Virus record (IMG/VR): IMGVR_UViG_3300020577_007013
Source: a virus
Taxonomy: Duplodnaviria; Caudoviricetes
Direction: 5' to 3' (one strand)
DNA: 64,000 nt
A program made the translations under genes and the position numbers. The first letter of the stretch is position 1. Every line of letters begins with the position of its first letter. The notes beneath the pieces are model-generated. The model saw nothing but the letters and a program-made list of their open reading frames with translations. It made no database searches and was not told the origin of the DNA. Positions 9,676 through 18,879 of this stretch are shown here, piece after piece.

Positions 9676-9921
9676 ATGTATAAATCATTTTTTGAGAGAG
9701 ATCTTTCAAACTTGAATGCTGAAAAATATCGAGACTTTGACTTCGAGAAGCAACAAATTCTCCATCACATAAAAGAGCTGGAAAATCAAATCAACGAAGA
9801 AAACAATATGGAAGAAAATCAAAAGGATTATCAAGCTATCGGTAAACTCGAAAAAATGTTGAGTGACCTAAAAATAGAACTCAATACATTGGAGATTGAC
9901 ATGGAAGGATTGGATGCTTAG
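9676..9921 (+). CDS. Acidic coiled-coil protein with N-terminal YKSFFE tag
   Basis: MYKSFFE; ACTAAA-N4-ATG upstream. Confidence 0.6.
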   Translation: MYKSFFERDLSNLNAEKYRDFDFEKQQILHHIKELENQINEENNMEENQKDYQAIGKLEKMLSDLKIELNTLEIDMEGLDA

Positions 9922-10432
9922 ATATCAAAAATTGTTCGAGTATTACAACGGTGATGATACGATCAAGAGCTCTGAGACTCCAGACCAGACAAAACAGTTT
10001 ATCGAACGAATTAATAACACGATCAAACTCATAAAGGATCGTTATGAGTCCACTGATTTCATGAGAACTGTCAAGGGAAGGTCTGTCTCTCTTGTTACTT
10101 ATCTTCCTGAACTTCAGAAACTCTTGACCCCTGATTATCAGGTCTTTACTCAATACTCAGATGAAACAGAAGGTGGAGATTACTTTGCAGGATTCTTCAT
10201 TCCGTCTGTAGAGAAATTCAAACAAGCTATGGATATTGTAGACAAGTCAGAAACTGCAACTTTTCATCCTCAGATCTTATTCGAGTCATTTAAAGTAGAT
10301 GGACTTGGAAAAGTCATTGATCCTAGACGTAAAGAGAAGTTTGGAAGTGACTCTGCTTATATAGGAAAAAAGACAACTTCAGAAATTCCAGATCAAGATG
10401 TCGAGAGAATGTTCAGAGATGACTCCTTATAA
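9914..10432 (+). CDS. Hypothetical protein with N-terminal YQKLFE tag (start reassigned to MLRYQKLFE)
   Basis: ATG at 9914 with GGAAGGA upstream. Confidence 0.55.
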   Translation: MLRYQKLFEYYNGDDTIKSSETPDQTKQFIERINNTIKLIKDRYESTDFMRTVKGRSVSLVTYLPELQKLLTPDYQVFTQYSDETEGGDYFAGFFIPSVEKFKQAMDIVDKSETATFHPQILFESFKVDGLGKVIDPRRKEKFGSDSAYIGKKTTSEIPDQDVERMFRDDSL

Positions 10433-11345
10433 GTCGCTCTTTCAAGAACTCGGACCAGGAGATATTTCCGATACACAACTAGAAGGGATTAAGACTTCCA
10501 AAGATATTTTCGAATACAAAATAAAGTTCTCACTCAACAACAAGTACCTCAGCCCACTCTTTTCAGGAACTGATGAGATTAGAGTCAATATAGACTTTAA
10601 AGACTTTTTAGTCTCTGTCGGAGATAAGACTTATGAAATTGAGATCGACGAAAATCTAGAGATTTCTTTCAAAGAGAAAGGTAGAACAGTCACTGGATTC
10701 TCTGAGTTAGACAGAGACTCTCTAATAGAACTCTTCTCTAGAGTAAAAGCAGTCTGCCAATTAAAGACTCTTTCAGTCATCTATCCATTTATGTCATTAG
10801 AAGAAATCTCCAATTTATCAAAGCCTGATTATTACTCTAAACTCCTAGATTCAAAAGAGGAAATGAGAGGTCTGATCTTCAAGTTCTATCCAATAAAGAC
10901 TGTCCCTAAACTTTCAGACGAAGATCTCATAGGTCTAAAGCTAGACCAGACTTACGGAGATCTCTACATTGATGGGAACTATTATGGAGTTGTTCTCAAA
11001 ACCAAGTCTAAAGAAGAACCATTGAGAGCATTTATCTACAGTCTGAAAAATAAACTCTTCTATAGAGACCTTACTAAGACTATTTCTGACTCCAAGCTTA
11101 AGACCAACGAAGACGGATATGGATTTTTCATAGAGCCTGACAAGAAAAATGAGCTTATGAAAAGGATATCTAATATAGAAAATAAATTCTCCAAATATTC
11201 GAGAATTAGAGAGAGACTTTATACTAAAATAATTCAAAGTCTTGGTCTTGAAATGAAAGGAACAGATCAATTCGTATTTCCTAGAAATGAGATCAAGAAG
11301 CTTGAACAGAAATTTGAAGAGACAATAGAGAGGAAACTAAGTTGA
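10419..11345 (+). CDS. Hypothetical protein with N-terminal YKSLFQE tag (start reassigned to MTPYKSLFQE)
   Basis: In-frame ATG at 10419. Confidence 0.6.
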   Translation: MTPYKSLFQELGPGDISDTQLEGIKTSKDIFEYKIKFSLNNKYLSPLFSGTDEIRVNIDFKDFLVSVGDKTYEIEIDENLEISFKEKGRTVTGFSELDRDSLIELFSRVKAVCQLKTLSVIYPFMSLEEISNLSKPDYYSKLLDSKEEMRGLIFKFYPIKTVPKLSDEDLIGLKLDQTYGDLYIDGNYYGVVLKTKSKEEPLRAFIYSLKNKLFYRDLTKTISDSKLKTNEDGYGFFIEPDKKNELMKRISNIENKFSKYSRIRERLYTKIIQSLGLEMKGTDQFVFPRNEIKKLEQKFEETIERKLS

Positions 11346-11647
11346 CTGCAGACCAGGGAAAAATGTGGTGTCATAATTTTTCGATACCCTTAAAAGAATT
11401 TAAAGACTATCAAGAAATGATAGATGTAATGGAAGAACAACTTATCTCTTCAGGGTTTTCTATCTTTGGAAAATTAGAAAAAAAGTTTGGCGAGACAGAC
11501 ATCACTGTAATGTGGGGACTATGTGAATCGCATTTAGCTTGCCACTCCTTCTCAGAAATTGGGGAAATCCAATTTCAACTCGCTTCTTGCAACTATGAAA
11601 AGTATCGCAACTTTCTAGACTTGAATGCTAAAGAGTTCGGCTGCTAA
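11342..11647 (+). CDS. speD: S-adenosylmethionine decarboxylase proenzyme (class 1b/SpeH-like)
   Basis: F...ITVMWGLCESHLACHSFSE...LASC; ESH self-cleavage motif. Confidence 0.75.
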   Translation: MTADQGKMWCHNFSIPLKEFKDYQEMIDVMEEQLISSGFSIFGKLEKKFGETDITVMWGLCESHLACHSFSEIGEIQFQLASCNYEKYRNFLDLNAKEFGC

Positions 11648-11935
11648 CTTAGATTTGTAAGATTCAGGGATTGGAGGAAATTTACTGATTTCCTTAATTA
11701 CTGAACTATTGAAGACACATTTTCTTACACTTGACTTTACAATAATATATGCTTCAATTTTGATTGAGTCGTTGTAAGGACTTTCATCTTCTAATATTCT
11801 GAATGAGACAATACGGTAGTATTTGTCTTTAGCAAGAACCCAAGTATAGTTCTCTTTATCTTTTCCTAGAACCCCATTTGAAAATAAAACATATCTTCCA
11901 GGCTTAAGAGTCCTTTTGACTTCTTCTACGACCAT
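11615..11935 (-). CDS. Hypothetical protein, member of a three-gene paralogue array
   Basis: EVKRTLKPG start and YKSKLAAEL end shared with the two upstream genes. Confidence 0.6.
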   Translation of the reverse strand: MVVEEVKRTLKPGRYVLFSNGVLGKDKENYTWVLAKDKYYRIVSFRILEDESPYNDSIKIEAYIIVKSSVRKCVFNSSVIKEISKFPPIPESYKSKLAAELFSIQV

Positions 11936-12233
11936 TGGAGTACTTCCAGAAGTTTTTCTTTGTAGTCTAATGGAATTTCAAAAAGTCTGTCAGTAACAAT
12001 AGAGTCGACTATTCGACTGGAAAAATTGGAGCCAATAAAGTCTTCCCGATATAAAGCTTGATTTGGACTTCGAGCTTATTGTCGATAAATCTAGATTGTT
12101 GGTCTTCAATTCTAAAAAATTGATTATTTGGAATAAGGAAAGATTCCCCTACAGAGCTTTCACAGTAAAGAGTCCCTGAAAACTTGATGTAGTTTCCGAT
12201 CTTAAGCTTGTCTAAAATCTCAGTCTGTGTCAT
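11926..12233 (-). pseudogene. Paralogue with a 1-nt frameshift in a T5 run near 12021-12025
   Basis: The shifted frame continues SRIVDSIVTDRLFEIPLDYKEKLLEVLQWS*, matching the paralogue C-terminus. Confidence 0.55.
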
Positions 12234-12553
12234 TAGATAGAGCTCAATTCTGAGAGAAGTCTTTCTTTTATTTCTTTTCTTATAATTGTGTTGTGATTGA
12301 CCGCAAATGAGTCAATCTCAGTATGTAGAAACTTAATTGTGTCTATAGAAGATAGAGGTCCTCCTCTTCTCGTTTTAATGGTAATTTCCAAAGCTGTGGT
12401 TATCCTTCTATAGCTTACATCTAATATCTCATATTCCTGAGTCGGATGAACTTTTACTTTAAAAGCTTTCCCTTCACAGTCGACTCGAATAGGTTTTTTG
12501 AAAGTAAGCCTATTTCCGACTTTTAAGTTGGCTTTGATCTCACCTATTGTCAG
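12233..12553 (-). CDS. Hypothetical paralogue with CTG start (missed by ORF track)
   Basis: AGGAG-N6-CTG; (M)TIGEIKANLKVGNRLTF...KERLLSELSSI*, 106 aa. Confidence 0.6.
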   Translation of the reverse strand: MTIGEIKANLKVGNRLTFKKPIRVDCEGKAFKVKVHPTQEYEILDVSYRRITTALEITIKTRRGGPLSSIDTIKFLHTEIDSFAVNHNTIIRKEIKERLLSELSSI

Positions 12554-12710
12554 AAGAGTCTCCTACGATCTTCACTTCGACTTTTCCTCTAGGAATGGTC
12601 TTTCTCAAATGATGGGCAAGAAATTTTATAGTAGGCTTGAGCTGGTCTTTGAACTTCCCATTTCTGACTCTCCAGTAAGTTCGAAATCTTTGAATAAGTA
12701 GCTTGTTCAT
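12540..12710 (-). CDS. Small basic hypothetical protein (56 aa)
   Basis: GGAGGAG RBS; MNKLLIQRFRTYW... Confidence 0.5.
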   Translation of the reverse strand: MNKLLIQRFRTYWRVRNGKFKDQLKPTIKFLAHHLRKTIPRGKVEVKIVGDSSDNR

Positions 12711-12725
12711 AGTTGACTCCTCCCT

Positions 12726-13211
12726 TTATTGAGACTTTCTTCTTTTCTTCCTATAAATCCAAGGAGCTTCAGGGTCAGAATCTTGCCAAAGCCCATCTCT
12801 TTGTATGAAAGCGAATGATTGGTGTCGTAAATAAGTCCTCAACTCTTCCTTATCTTTTTTAAGATATTGAACATAAGCCCATGCAAATCCCTTAAGAACC
12901 ATTTCTTCATTGACGGAGTATCCACTTCCTTCGTAGATCAGACAGACTGATCTTCCGTAATGATCGATTGACTTGACTTTATAGTCGACTACTTTGTCAA
13001 GAATCCTATCAGACAGGTACTCTTTTGCTTCTATTCCGAACGGTTGCTTTTTTTCAGGAGCGTCTATTCCGTAAAGTCGACAGTTCAGTTTCTTATTCTC
13101 TTTTGTTAAGATGACAACAGTGTCTCCGTCCTTGACTCTAGTGACAGTTCCATTGTCTTTGGGTCTAGAAGTACAAGAAAAAAGTAAAAGAATAAGTGAG
13201 AGTCTTTTCAT
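12726..13211 (-). CDS. Thermonuclease (SNase) family lipoprotein
   Basis: Lipobox LLLFSC; VKDGDT, RLYGIDAPE, DHYGR, GLW. Confidence 0.92.
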   Translation of the reverse strand: MKRLSLILLLFSCTSRPKDNGTVTRVKDGDTVVILTKENKKLNCRLYGIDAPEKKQPFGIEAKEYLSDRILDKVVDYKVKSIDHYGRSVCLIYEGSGYSVNEEMVLKGFAWAYVQYLKKDKEELRTYLRHQSFAFIQRDGLWQDSDPEAPWIYRKKRRKSQ

Positions 13212-14047
13212 AAAAGCTCCTTGATCATTTGTAAATTTTTCTGATAATCAGGAATGAGATGATAAGAGTTCCCTATCGCATAGTGATAGACTGTATGAAG
13301 TAAGGAATATTTTTGGTATTGAGCAAAAGTCTTGCACTCCACAGGATCGGAATCGAGAATATACTTGACCACCCTTGTATTGATAATGTATTCTTCATTT
13401 TTGAGAATTTTGTCAAGGTCCACCAGATTCTTTACGAAATAGTAATTGAGGTAATTCTCTATAGAAGGATCGGTCTTCTCATCTATCAGCTCGGCATAGT
13501 AAATGAAGTAGGGCTCTATGCAATGTTCGAATTCTTTAATCGATTCCTTTACTCTATGCTCATGAGCTCCTGTAATTCGTATGTCATCGAGGAATAGACA
13601 AATTCTTCCTTTGAGAAAGTTTTGGTCGAGATAGAAAAAGTCTCCTTTCATGACTGACATTCTTTGTTCTTTTGTCATCTCTCCGTATTCTTCTTTGTAG
13701 GAAGATCTTCTGTAAACTTTCGACTCTTGAACTGGACTGCACCCCTTGTCCACAAGAATTGAATTGAGAGTTCTTACGAAGTAGTCCTTCATTGCAAAGG
13801 TTGCTGTAGGAATGTGGAGATAAGGGGAAGAGAGAACGACTATGGTCTTATCTGATTTGATGATCTCCTTAAATATGTCAGAACTTGAGAATCCGTTTGC
13901 TAAATCATGACCGAATTCTCTTGCTGTAGTCTTGCAACCGAACTTGAATTTAGAATAGTCAATCGGTTGGAGACAAGCATAATGATCTTGAGTTGCCTCT
14001 ATGTCTTCAATCGATCTGAACTTCTTAAGGCTGAATCGATTTTCCAT
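13208..14047 (-). CDS. Ter-associated phosphoribosyltransferase
   Basis: DYSKFKFG, IPTATF, PRPP-binding LFLDDIRITGAHE. Confidence 0.75.
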   Translation of the reverse strand: MENRFSLKKFRSIEDIEATQDHYACLQPIDYSKFKFGCKTTAREFGHDLANGFSSSDIFKEIIKSDKTIVVLSSPYLHIPTATFAMKDYFVRTLNSILVDKGCSPVQESKVYRRSSYKEEYGEMTKEQRMSVMKGDFFYLDQNFLKGRICLFLDDIRITGAHEHRVKESIKEFEHCIEPYFIYYAELIDEKTDPSIENYLNYYFVKNLVDLDKILKNEEYIINTRVVKYILDSDPVECKTFAQYQKYSLLHTVYHYAIGNSYHLIPDYQKNLQMIKELL

Positions 14048-14621
14048 TTTTAAGTCCTTTCATAAATTTTAGCATCTCTTTCGAAGAATTCTCTTTTAAA
14101 TATTTCTCGACTTCCTTGACAGTGTCATCGATCTCTTTTCTGAGCTTGTCGACTTCATTTTTGTATCTGGCTTTTGTGAGTGTCCTTAAAAGCTCAGAGT
14201 CAATCATGTCTAAAGACTTCAATTGAAAGTCGAGACTCTTTATTTCGGAGCTCTTTCTGGTGACATGATCTCCTAGGTGTGTGACTATAGAGTCCAAATG
14301 CCATTTCTGGGTTATCCTCTTTTCTTTCTCTACCATTCTCCTTTGATCAGTAAAAACATGGCTTGGTATACCCATAATCCTTAAAGAGAGAATGTGAATA
14401 TCTCTAGGTCGCCATTCAGAGAATACTCCAGATCTAATCGATAGAGCTGAAAGCCCTTCTTGAAGAATGACATCCTCTACTCTGAAGTACCTTGATGTAG
14501 CTGAGCTTGTACTGGGAATTTTAGTATCAATATGGAATCCTATTGATGATATTTCACCCATCTCGTCTGTGTTAATTCTAAAAAGTTCAATGAACTCTGA
14601 TTCTTTTTTACTCCTGAACAT
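14025..14621 (-). CDS. Hypothetical coiled-coil protein
   Basis: ORF in operon. Confidence 0.55.
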   Translation of the reverse strand: MFRSKKESEFIELFRINTDEMGEISSIGFHIDTKIPSTSSATSRYFRVEDVILQEGLSALSIRSGVFSEWRPRDIHILSLRIMGIPSHVFTDQRRMVEKEKRITQKWHLDSIVTHLGDHVTRKSSEIKSLDFQLKSLDMIDSELLRTLTKARYKNEVDKLRKEIDDTVKEVEKYLKENSSKEMLKFMKGLKNGKSIQP

Positions 14622-15330
14622 TTAATACATCCTTTACGAAAGTTTTTTGTTGATCAACAAGATAAAAGTCAAGATGCAGTCTCTTGCATCCTTCTCCGTC
14701 AGTAGACTGATCATCTCCCACATGAAGAATGTCTTCTTTTAGAAGCTTAGACTTCAAGAGTTCAGTCATTCTCATTTCGTTTACTGAAATCATCATTTTA
14801 CGAAATGCTACCGTGGAAGGTTTAGAATGTCCGATCTCATCGGAGAAAAAGAAAGCATCGACCAACGGAGCTAAGTTTTCTTTTACGGACGGGGACGTTC
14901 GTATGATCTCTCCATCTAAGATCGCTGTATTAGAGAGAATCGAGATTGTACAGTCTCTCTCTTTAAGTTGCTTAAGTGTAGAGACCGCATCATCGATCAG
15001 AATCGGTGGATACATGTGAAACAGATTGTCGCACCATCTTTTCATTTCTGAAAGAGACTCTGAAGTAATTTCCTTCTCTATTACCCACATTTTATTCATC
15101 GTCTCCATGAAAGAGTAAAAGATTTCTAAAGAGTGAACTTGTCTTCCGACAAGTTTATTTATTATGTTAGCTCTTTCTTCACATCCTGAAAGAACTTTTC
15201 TGATGGTGTCTTCGGAAGCTGTCTCATAGAACTTTTTCTTGATCAAACTAGCTCTCTCCTCTTTATAACGAGGATCTGGCTTGATCAAAGTTCTCCAAAG
15301 ATCAAACGAATAATGTTTGTACTTCTTCAT
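14608..15330 (-). CDS. HAD-superfamily hydrolase (type found next to Ter PRTases)
   Basis: SFDLWRTL, LSNT, SKP, HVGDD. Confidence 0.85.
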   Translation of the reverse strand: MKKYKHYSFDLWRTLIKPDPRYKEERASLIKKKFYETASEDTIRKVLSGCEERANIINKLVGRQVHSLEIFYSFMETMNKMWVIEKEITSESLSEMKRWCDNLFHMYPPILIDDAVSTLKQLKERDCTISILSNTAILDGEIIRTSPSVKENLAPLVDAFFFSDEIGHSKPSTVAFRKMMISVNEMRMTELLKSKLLKEDILHVGDDQSTDGEGCKRLHLDFYLVDQQKTFVKDVLNVQE

Positions 15331-16403
15331 TTTTTGTCAAGCTTCACTGAATTGTCAACGAACTTGATCGTTGGGCACATTGTCTTGTTCCATACAGCTT
15401 TCAGCATGTCCCAATTTTCTGCTCGTTTCTTTCTCTTTTCTGCTTTGATTTTTTCCTTGAATTCTCTCAGTTCAGCTCTCTTTCTCAGACTGTCAAGGTC
15501 AGACAATGCTTTCTTAGAGAATTCTGAATCGATGAATAGACCGATAATGATCTCGAGTTTGTCCTTCTTAATCTTATTGCCAATATTCCCGTAGTAAAAA
15601 GTCTCTCGTAAGAGATCTTGGACGACTTTCTCTGAATTCTCTATGAGTCTATCGACAATTTCTCTTACTGAGTATGCAGAGACTCTAGGAATGATTCCGT
15701 CTTTGATGTCCTTGAAAAAGGCTTCGACCGCCTTCTGCTCTTGGGAAGCATATTCAGAGTTATTCTCTCTAATTCTTTTCCTGATCTTAGTCATATCGAT
15801 CTTGATTTCCTTCCCGACTTTCCCTTTGAGAAGTTCCTCATATTTAAGCTTATGTTTTTCAAGCTGTCGTTCATTGAATTTTTCATGCATTTCAATAATC
15901 CATTTACCGAATGCACCTAGATGGACAGCTACATTTTTACCGACGAAGTAAAATCCAAATCCAATTCCGAATAGAATGAATCCTATTATAAGAAGAGGGG
16001 TTGCAGCTGCGAGTCCGATTATTACAAATGGAAGTAAAACTGTAGTGGAAAGTAGATGACTCCAAAAGAGTCCACATAATGAAGTCTCTCGACTTGCATA
16101 ATAATGAGCATCAATAATGACCCTCTTAATATACGGACACCAACATCTTTCTCCCCAATCCTTTGTTGGGTGTTTTGCGTAAGCTGTAGATCCGTTATGT
16201 TTACGGAACCCATGAAGGGTAGACCAAGGAAGCATTGTCAGAAATCGTATTCGATAAAATGTAGAAGACCGATTGATCACAATGAGTCCGTCTTCTTTTA
16301 CGAACATAGAGATCACAAGAGTGAGGAACATGAGACATCCTATTCCTCCCAACACAGTAAAGGTCCAGTATAGAATTGGACTCGTTAAAATTTTTGCTAT
16401 CAT
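15327..16403 (-). CDS. Membrane protein with C-terminal coiled coil
   Basis: About three hydrophobic helices. Confidence 0.6.
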   Translation of the reverse strand: MIAKILTSPILYWTFTVLGGIGCLMFLTLVISMFVKEDGLIVINRSSTFYRIRFLTMLPWSTLHGFRKHNGSTAYAKHPTKDWGERCWCPYIKRVIIDAHYYASRETSLCGLFWSHLLSTTVLLPFVIIGLAAATPLLIIGFILFGIGFGFYFVGKNVAVHLGAFGKWIIEMHEKFNERQLEKHKLKYEELLKGKVGKEIKIDMTKIRKRIRENNSEYASQEQKAVEAFFKDIKDGIIPRVSAYSVREIVDRLIENSEKVVQDLLRETFYYGNIGNKIKKDKLEIIIGLFIDSEFSKKALSDLDSLRKRAELREFKEKIKAEKRKKRAENWDMLKAVWNKTMCPTIKFVDNSVKLDKK

Positions 16404-16714
16404 TTTTTCATTCCTTCCTTGAGCTCATCGACATAGATCTTTGCTTCCATGAGCTCTAATTTGAGATGCTCTTTACAAAACTTGATTGACTCAATATATC
16501 TCCTTCTTTTGAGAAGAGCTTTCAGCCTATTGTTCACTTGAAGTTGAGTCAATCTTTTTGGTATCTTTCCTTCTTTTGCTTTGTCGATCTTATCTTTGAG
16601 TTCGAAGAGTTGATTCGCTGAAAGCTTTTTGTTCTTGTAGAATGCTATCCAAGCATTGTGACGTTTCTTAGCATCATAGATAACGTCAAGACCCTTATAC
16701 TTGGTTTTTAGCAT
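16400..16714 (-). CDS. Protein with C-terminal ribosomal L7/L12 CTD-like motif; N-terminus shared with 2798..3475
   Basis: YIESIKFCKEHLKLELMEAKIYVDEL follows the KIxAIKxxRExxGxGLKEAKxxVE pattern. Confidence 0.55.
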   Translation of the reverse strand: MLKTKYKGLDVIYDAKKRHNAWIAFYKNKKLSANQLFELKDKIDKAKEGKIPKRLTQLQVNNRLKALLKRRRYIESIKFCKEHLKLELMEAKIYVDELKEGMKK

Positions 16715-16905
16715 TATTCTATCTCGTGTGAAGTGAGAAGTTTGTAAGTATCACCGTTGATGAAGACTGAATCAGAGCATCGATCCATTGGATCTTTGTA
16801 AACTTTGATCTTGACTCCATTTTGATTACGATAGTGACAATTCTCACCTTGACAGTTCATCGATGATGCAGAGATAAGAAGTAGGAGAATCATGTACTTC
16901 TTCAT
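16714..16905 (-). CDS. Small putative lipoprotein
   Basis: MKKYMILLLLISASSMNC. Confidence 0.55.
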   Translation of the reverse strand: MKKYMILLLLISASSMNCQGENCHYRNQNGVKIKVYKDPMDRCSDSVFINGDTYKLLTSHEIE

Positions 16906-17231
16906 TTAAGCTCCTTGACTTCTGTAATTCTGTATTGTGAGTCTCCTGAACAGCTTGTTGTAAGCTTCTTCTGAGTGTAGTTGAGTCGAACTTTCATTCC
17001 AGCAGATGACTGAATCTGTTTCGCAACATTTTCATCTTCAACTGAGAATTTGAAAAGACGAGATTTACCGTATGAACCTTGACCGTCCATGACGAGTTGT
17101 CCTTCCCAAGTCTTACAGACAATTCCCTTCTTAGAGAATTTGTCAACGACTCCGATTCGAAAGCCTTCTGAATAATCATAGGCCGTTAGTGAAGCAGTCA
17201 ATATGACTGCCAATGTAATGAGTTTTTTCAT
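16902..17231 (-). CDS. Conserved exported protein (YSEG..G...KFSKKG..KTWEG family)
   Basis: Signal peptide plus a family motif familiar from phage and bacterial proteins. Confidence 0.65.
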   Translation of the reverse strand: MKKLITLAVILTASLTAYDYSEGFRIGVVDKFSKKGIVCKTWEGQLVMDGQGSYGKSRLFKFSVEDENVAKQIQSSAGMKVRLNYTQKKLTTSCSGDSQYRITEVKELK

Positions 17232-17320
17232 TTGTATCTCCCTTAACTTGATTGATGAAACCTTGATGGTTCCTACAAGTTAATTATAATAGAGTTGGGA
17301 GATTTTCGAAGACGAAATTT

Positions 17321-18874
17321 CTAAAGTTTGTATCTACCGTCAGGAGCTATCCAAATCATTTGTCTAACACCGTTTCTATAGATAACGCAATTCATATTTT
17401 GATGAGAACTTGAACCTTTCTGGTATTCTAATTCAAGAGCTAAAGTTCCGACTCTAAACACTTTTCTCAAGACTGAAGGACTATGAGAATGAGCCAATAC
17501 ACAAGCTTGTAAAGAATATTCAGCATTAACATTTGTAGATCTAGTTCCGTTCGGACCATTGTCGCCATGTTCAGAGACTAGAATTTTTTTAGTGGAGACA
17601 TATTTTATGGTTTTTCTAGTAAGCCAATTTAGTCCTTTTCTCAAATCAGGATAGTGCTTTTCAATATAGTACTGAATGATATTTTTATCGTCTAAATCTG
17701 CAAGTGCCAATTCCAAAGCAATTCTATAATTAGGGACATCATTGAAGAATCTTTGTTCATGGAGGTATCTGTCTAAATGCTCATGATGGTTGGAAGCTAT
17801 GAGATCAATTTCGATTCCTTCTTTAAGTCCTTCTTTCCAAGTGGAAAGTTCTTTTGCTAGAAATTTTAGTTCATTTTCAAGAGTAGCAACATGACCTTTT
17901 TCTTCCATTTTCTTGACTTTAAGCTTCATGTTGTAATTGTGATGATGAGATACTGAGTATCCATCCATCCAATCACCGCCACCTACTGTCTTGACATTTA
18001 AAGCATTAGCCATGTCTATGGAAGCTTTTCTAGCATATTCATCGGTGAATCCTGAATGAACGTCTCCTACCACTAAATATTCTGCTGAGACTTTTTTCAC
18101 AGTTCCGTCTGGGCAATATTGTTTGTCGAGATCATAAAAAGATCCGTCGTAATTTGCTCTTACAAATCTCCAAAAGAATGTATCAGTCTTTCTATCAATC
18201 TCGACTATGACACCGCCAATGACAGCATCTTTTTCTGCTAGAAAGCCTGAATGAGTCTTTGCATATTTTCTGGTAGTAATAGTTCCTGTGCTTATGACTG
18301 ATTTAGGTTTAGAACGATCTATCACAGCCACAGATCTGAAGTTTTGTTTAGGGCTTGCAATTATGATACTTCCGTCATCTGTATGATGGAGACCTTTAAG
18401 AGTCGCATCTGGAGATTGTGGGGGCTCTTGAATATCTAAAGCTTTTAAATTGGAGCAGAGATGAAATTCAGTAGCATAGTATTTGTAAAGTTCCTGAACT
18501 TCAGGAGTATAGAATTTATGCTCATGATGAACTCCACGCATAGTGAGAAGAACAATTTCAGCATTCCGTTTTTTCTCCAATGTCTTGACTGACTGCCAGA
18601 ATGGTTTATTGAGATTGCTTTCAGGAAGAATTGAAGTAATGAAAATTACATCTTTTTCAGAGTCATTTTTTCGAATGATCTCTAAGCCAGTTCTTTGAAA
18701 TTTGATTCCCTCTTCTCTTAGCTTAACGAATGAGCCATCCCAATATTCATCTAAAACTTTTTGTGAGAATTTTGTTTTTTCGAGCCAATGGTCTCTGGTA
18801 ATTCGAGACCCTTTTTTGTAGTTTTTCTGGATGATCTTGATTTCTTCTAATACTTCTTTCTTCTTGGCTTCCAT
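17321..18874 (-). CDS. Large protein with C-terminal calcineurin-like metallophosphoesterase domain
   Basis: GDVH, GDWMDG, SNHH, EHGD, AHSH. Confidence 0.75.
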   Translation of the reverse strand: MEAKKKEVLEEIKIIQKNYKKGSRITRDHWLEKTKFSQKVLDEYWDGSFVKLREEGIKFQRTGLEIIRKNDSEKDVIFITSILPESNLNKPFWQSVKTLEKKRNAEIVLLTMRGVHHEHKFYTPEVQELYKYYATEFHLCSNLKALDIQEPPQSPDATLKGLHHTDDGSIIIASPKQNFRSVAVIDRSKPKSVISTGTITTRKYAKTHSGFLAEKDAVIGGVIVEIDRKTDTFFWRFVRANYDGSFYDLDKQYCPDGTVKKVSAEYLVVGDVHSGFTDEYARKASIDMANALNVKTVGGGDWMDGYSVSHHHNYNMKLKVKKMEEKGHVATLENELKFLAKELSTWKEGLKEGIEIDLIASNHHEHLDRYLHEQRFFNDVPNYRIALELALADLDDKNIIQYYIEKHYPDLRKGLNWLTRKTIKYVSTKKILVSEHGDNGPNGTRSTNVNAEYSLQACVLAHSHSPSVLRKVFRVGTLALELEYQKGSSSHQNMNCVIYRNGVRQMIWIAPDGRYKL

Positions 18875-18879
18875 AAAGG

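Noticed and set aside
12009..12011. Stop-codon reassignment or readthrough at the early TAG
   Set aside because: Homology continues in a shifted frame, not in frame after TAG; conserved enzymes in the window are full length under code 11 and all three stop codons are used.
16902..17231. 6-phosphogluconate dehydrogenase label often attached to this family
   Set aside because: A 109-aa exported protein with no Rossmann motif cannot be that enzyme.
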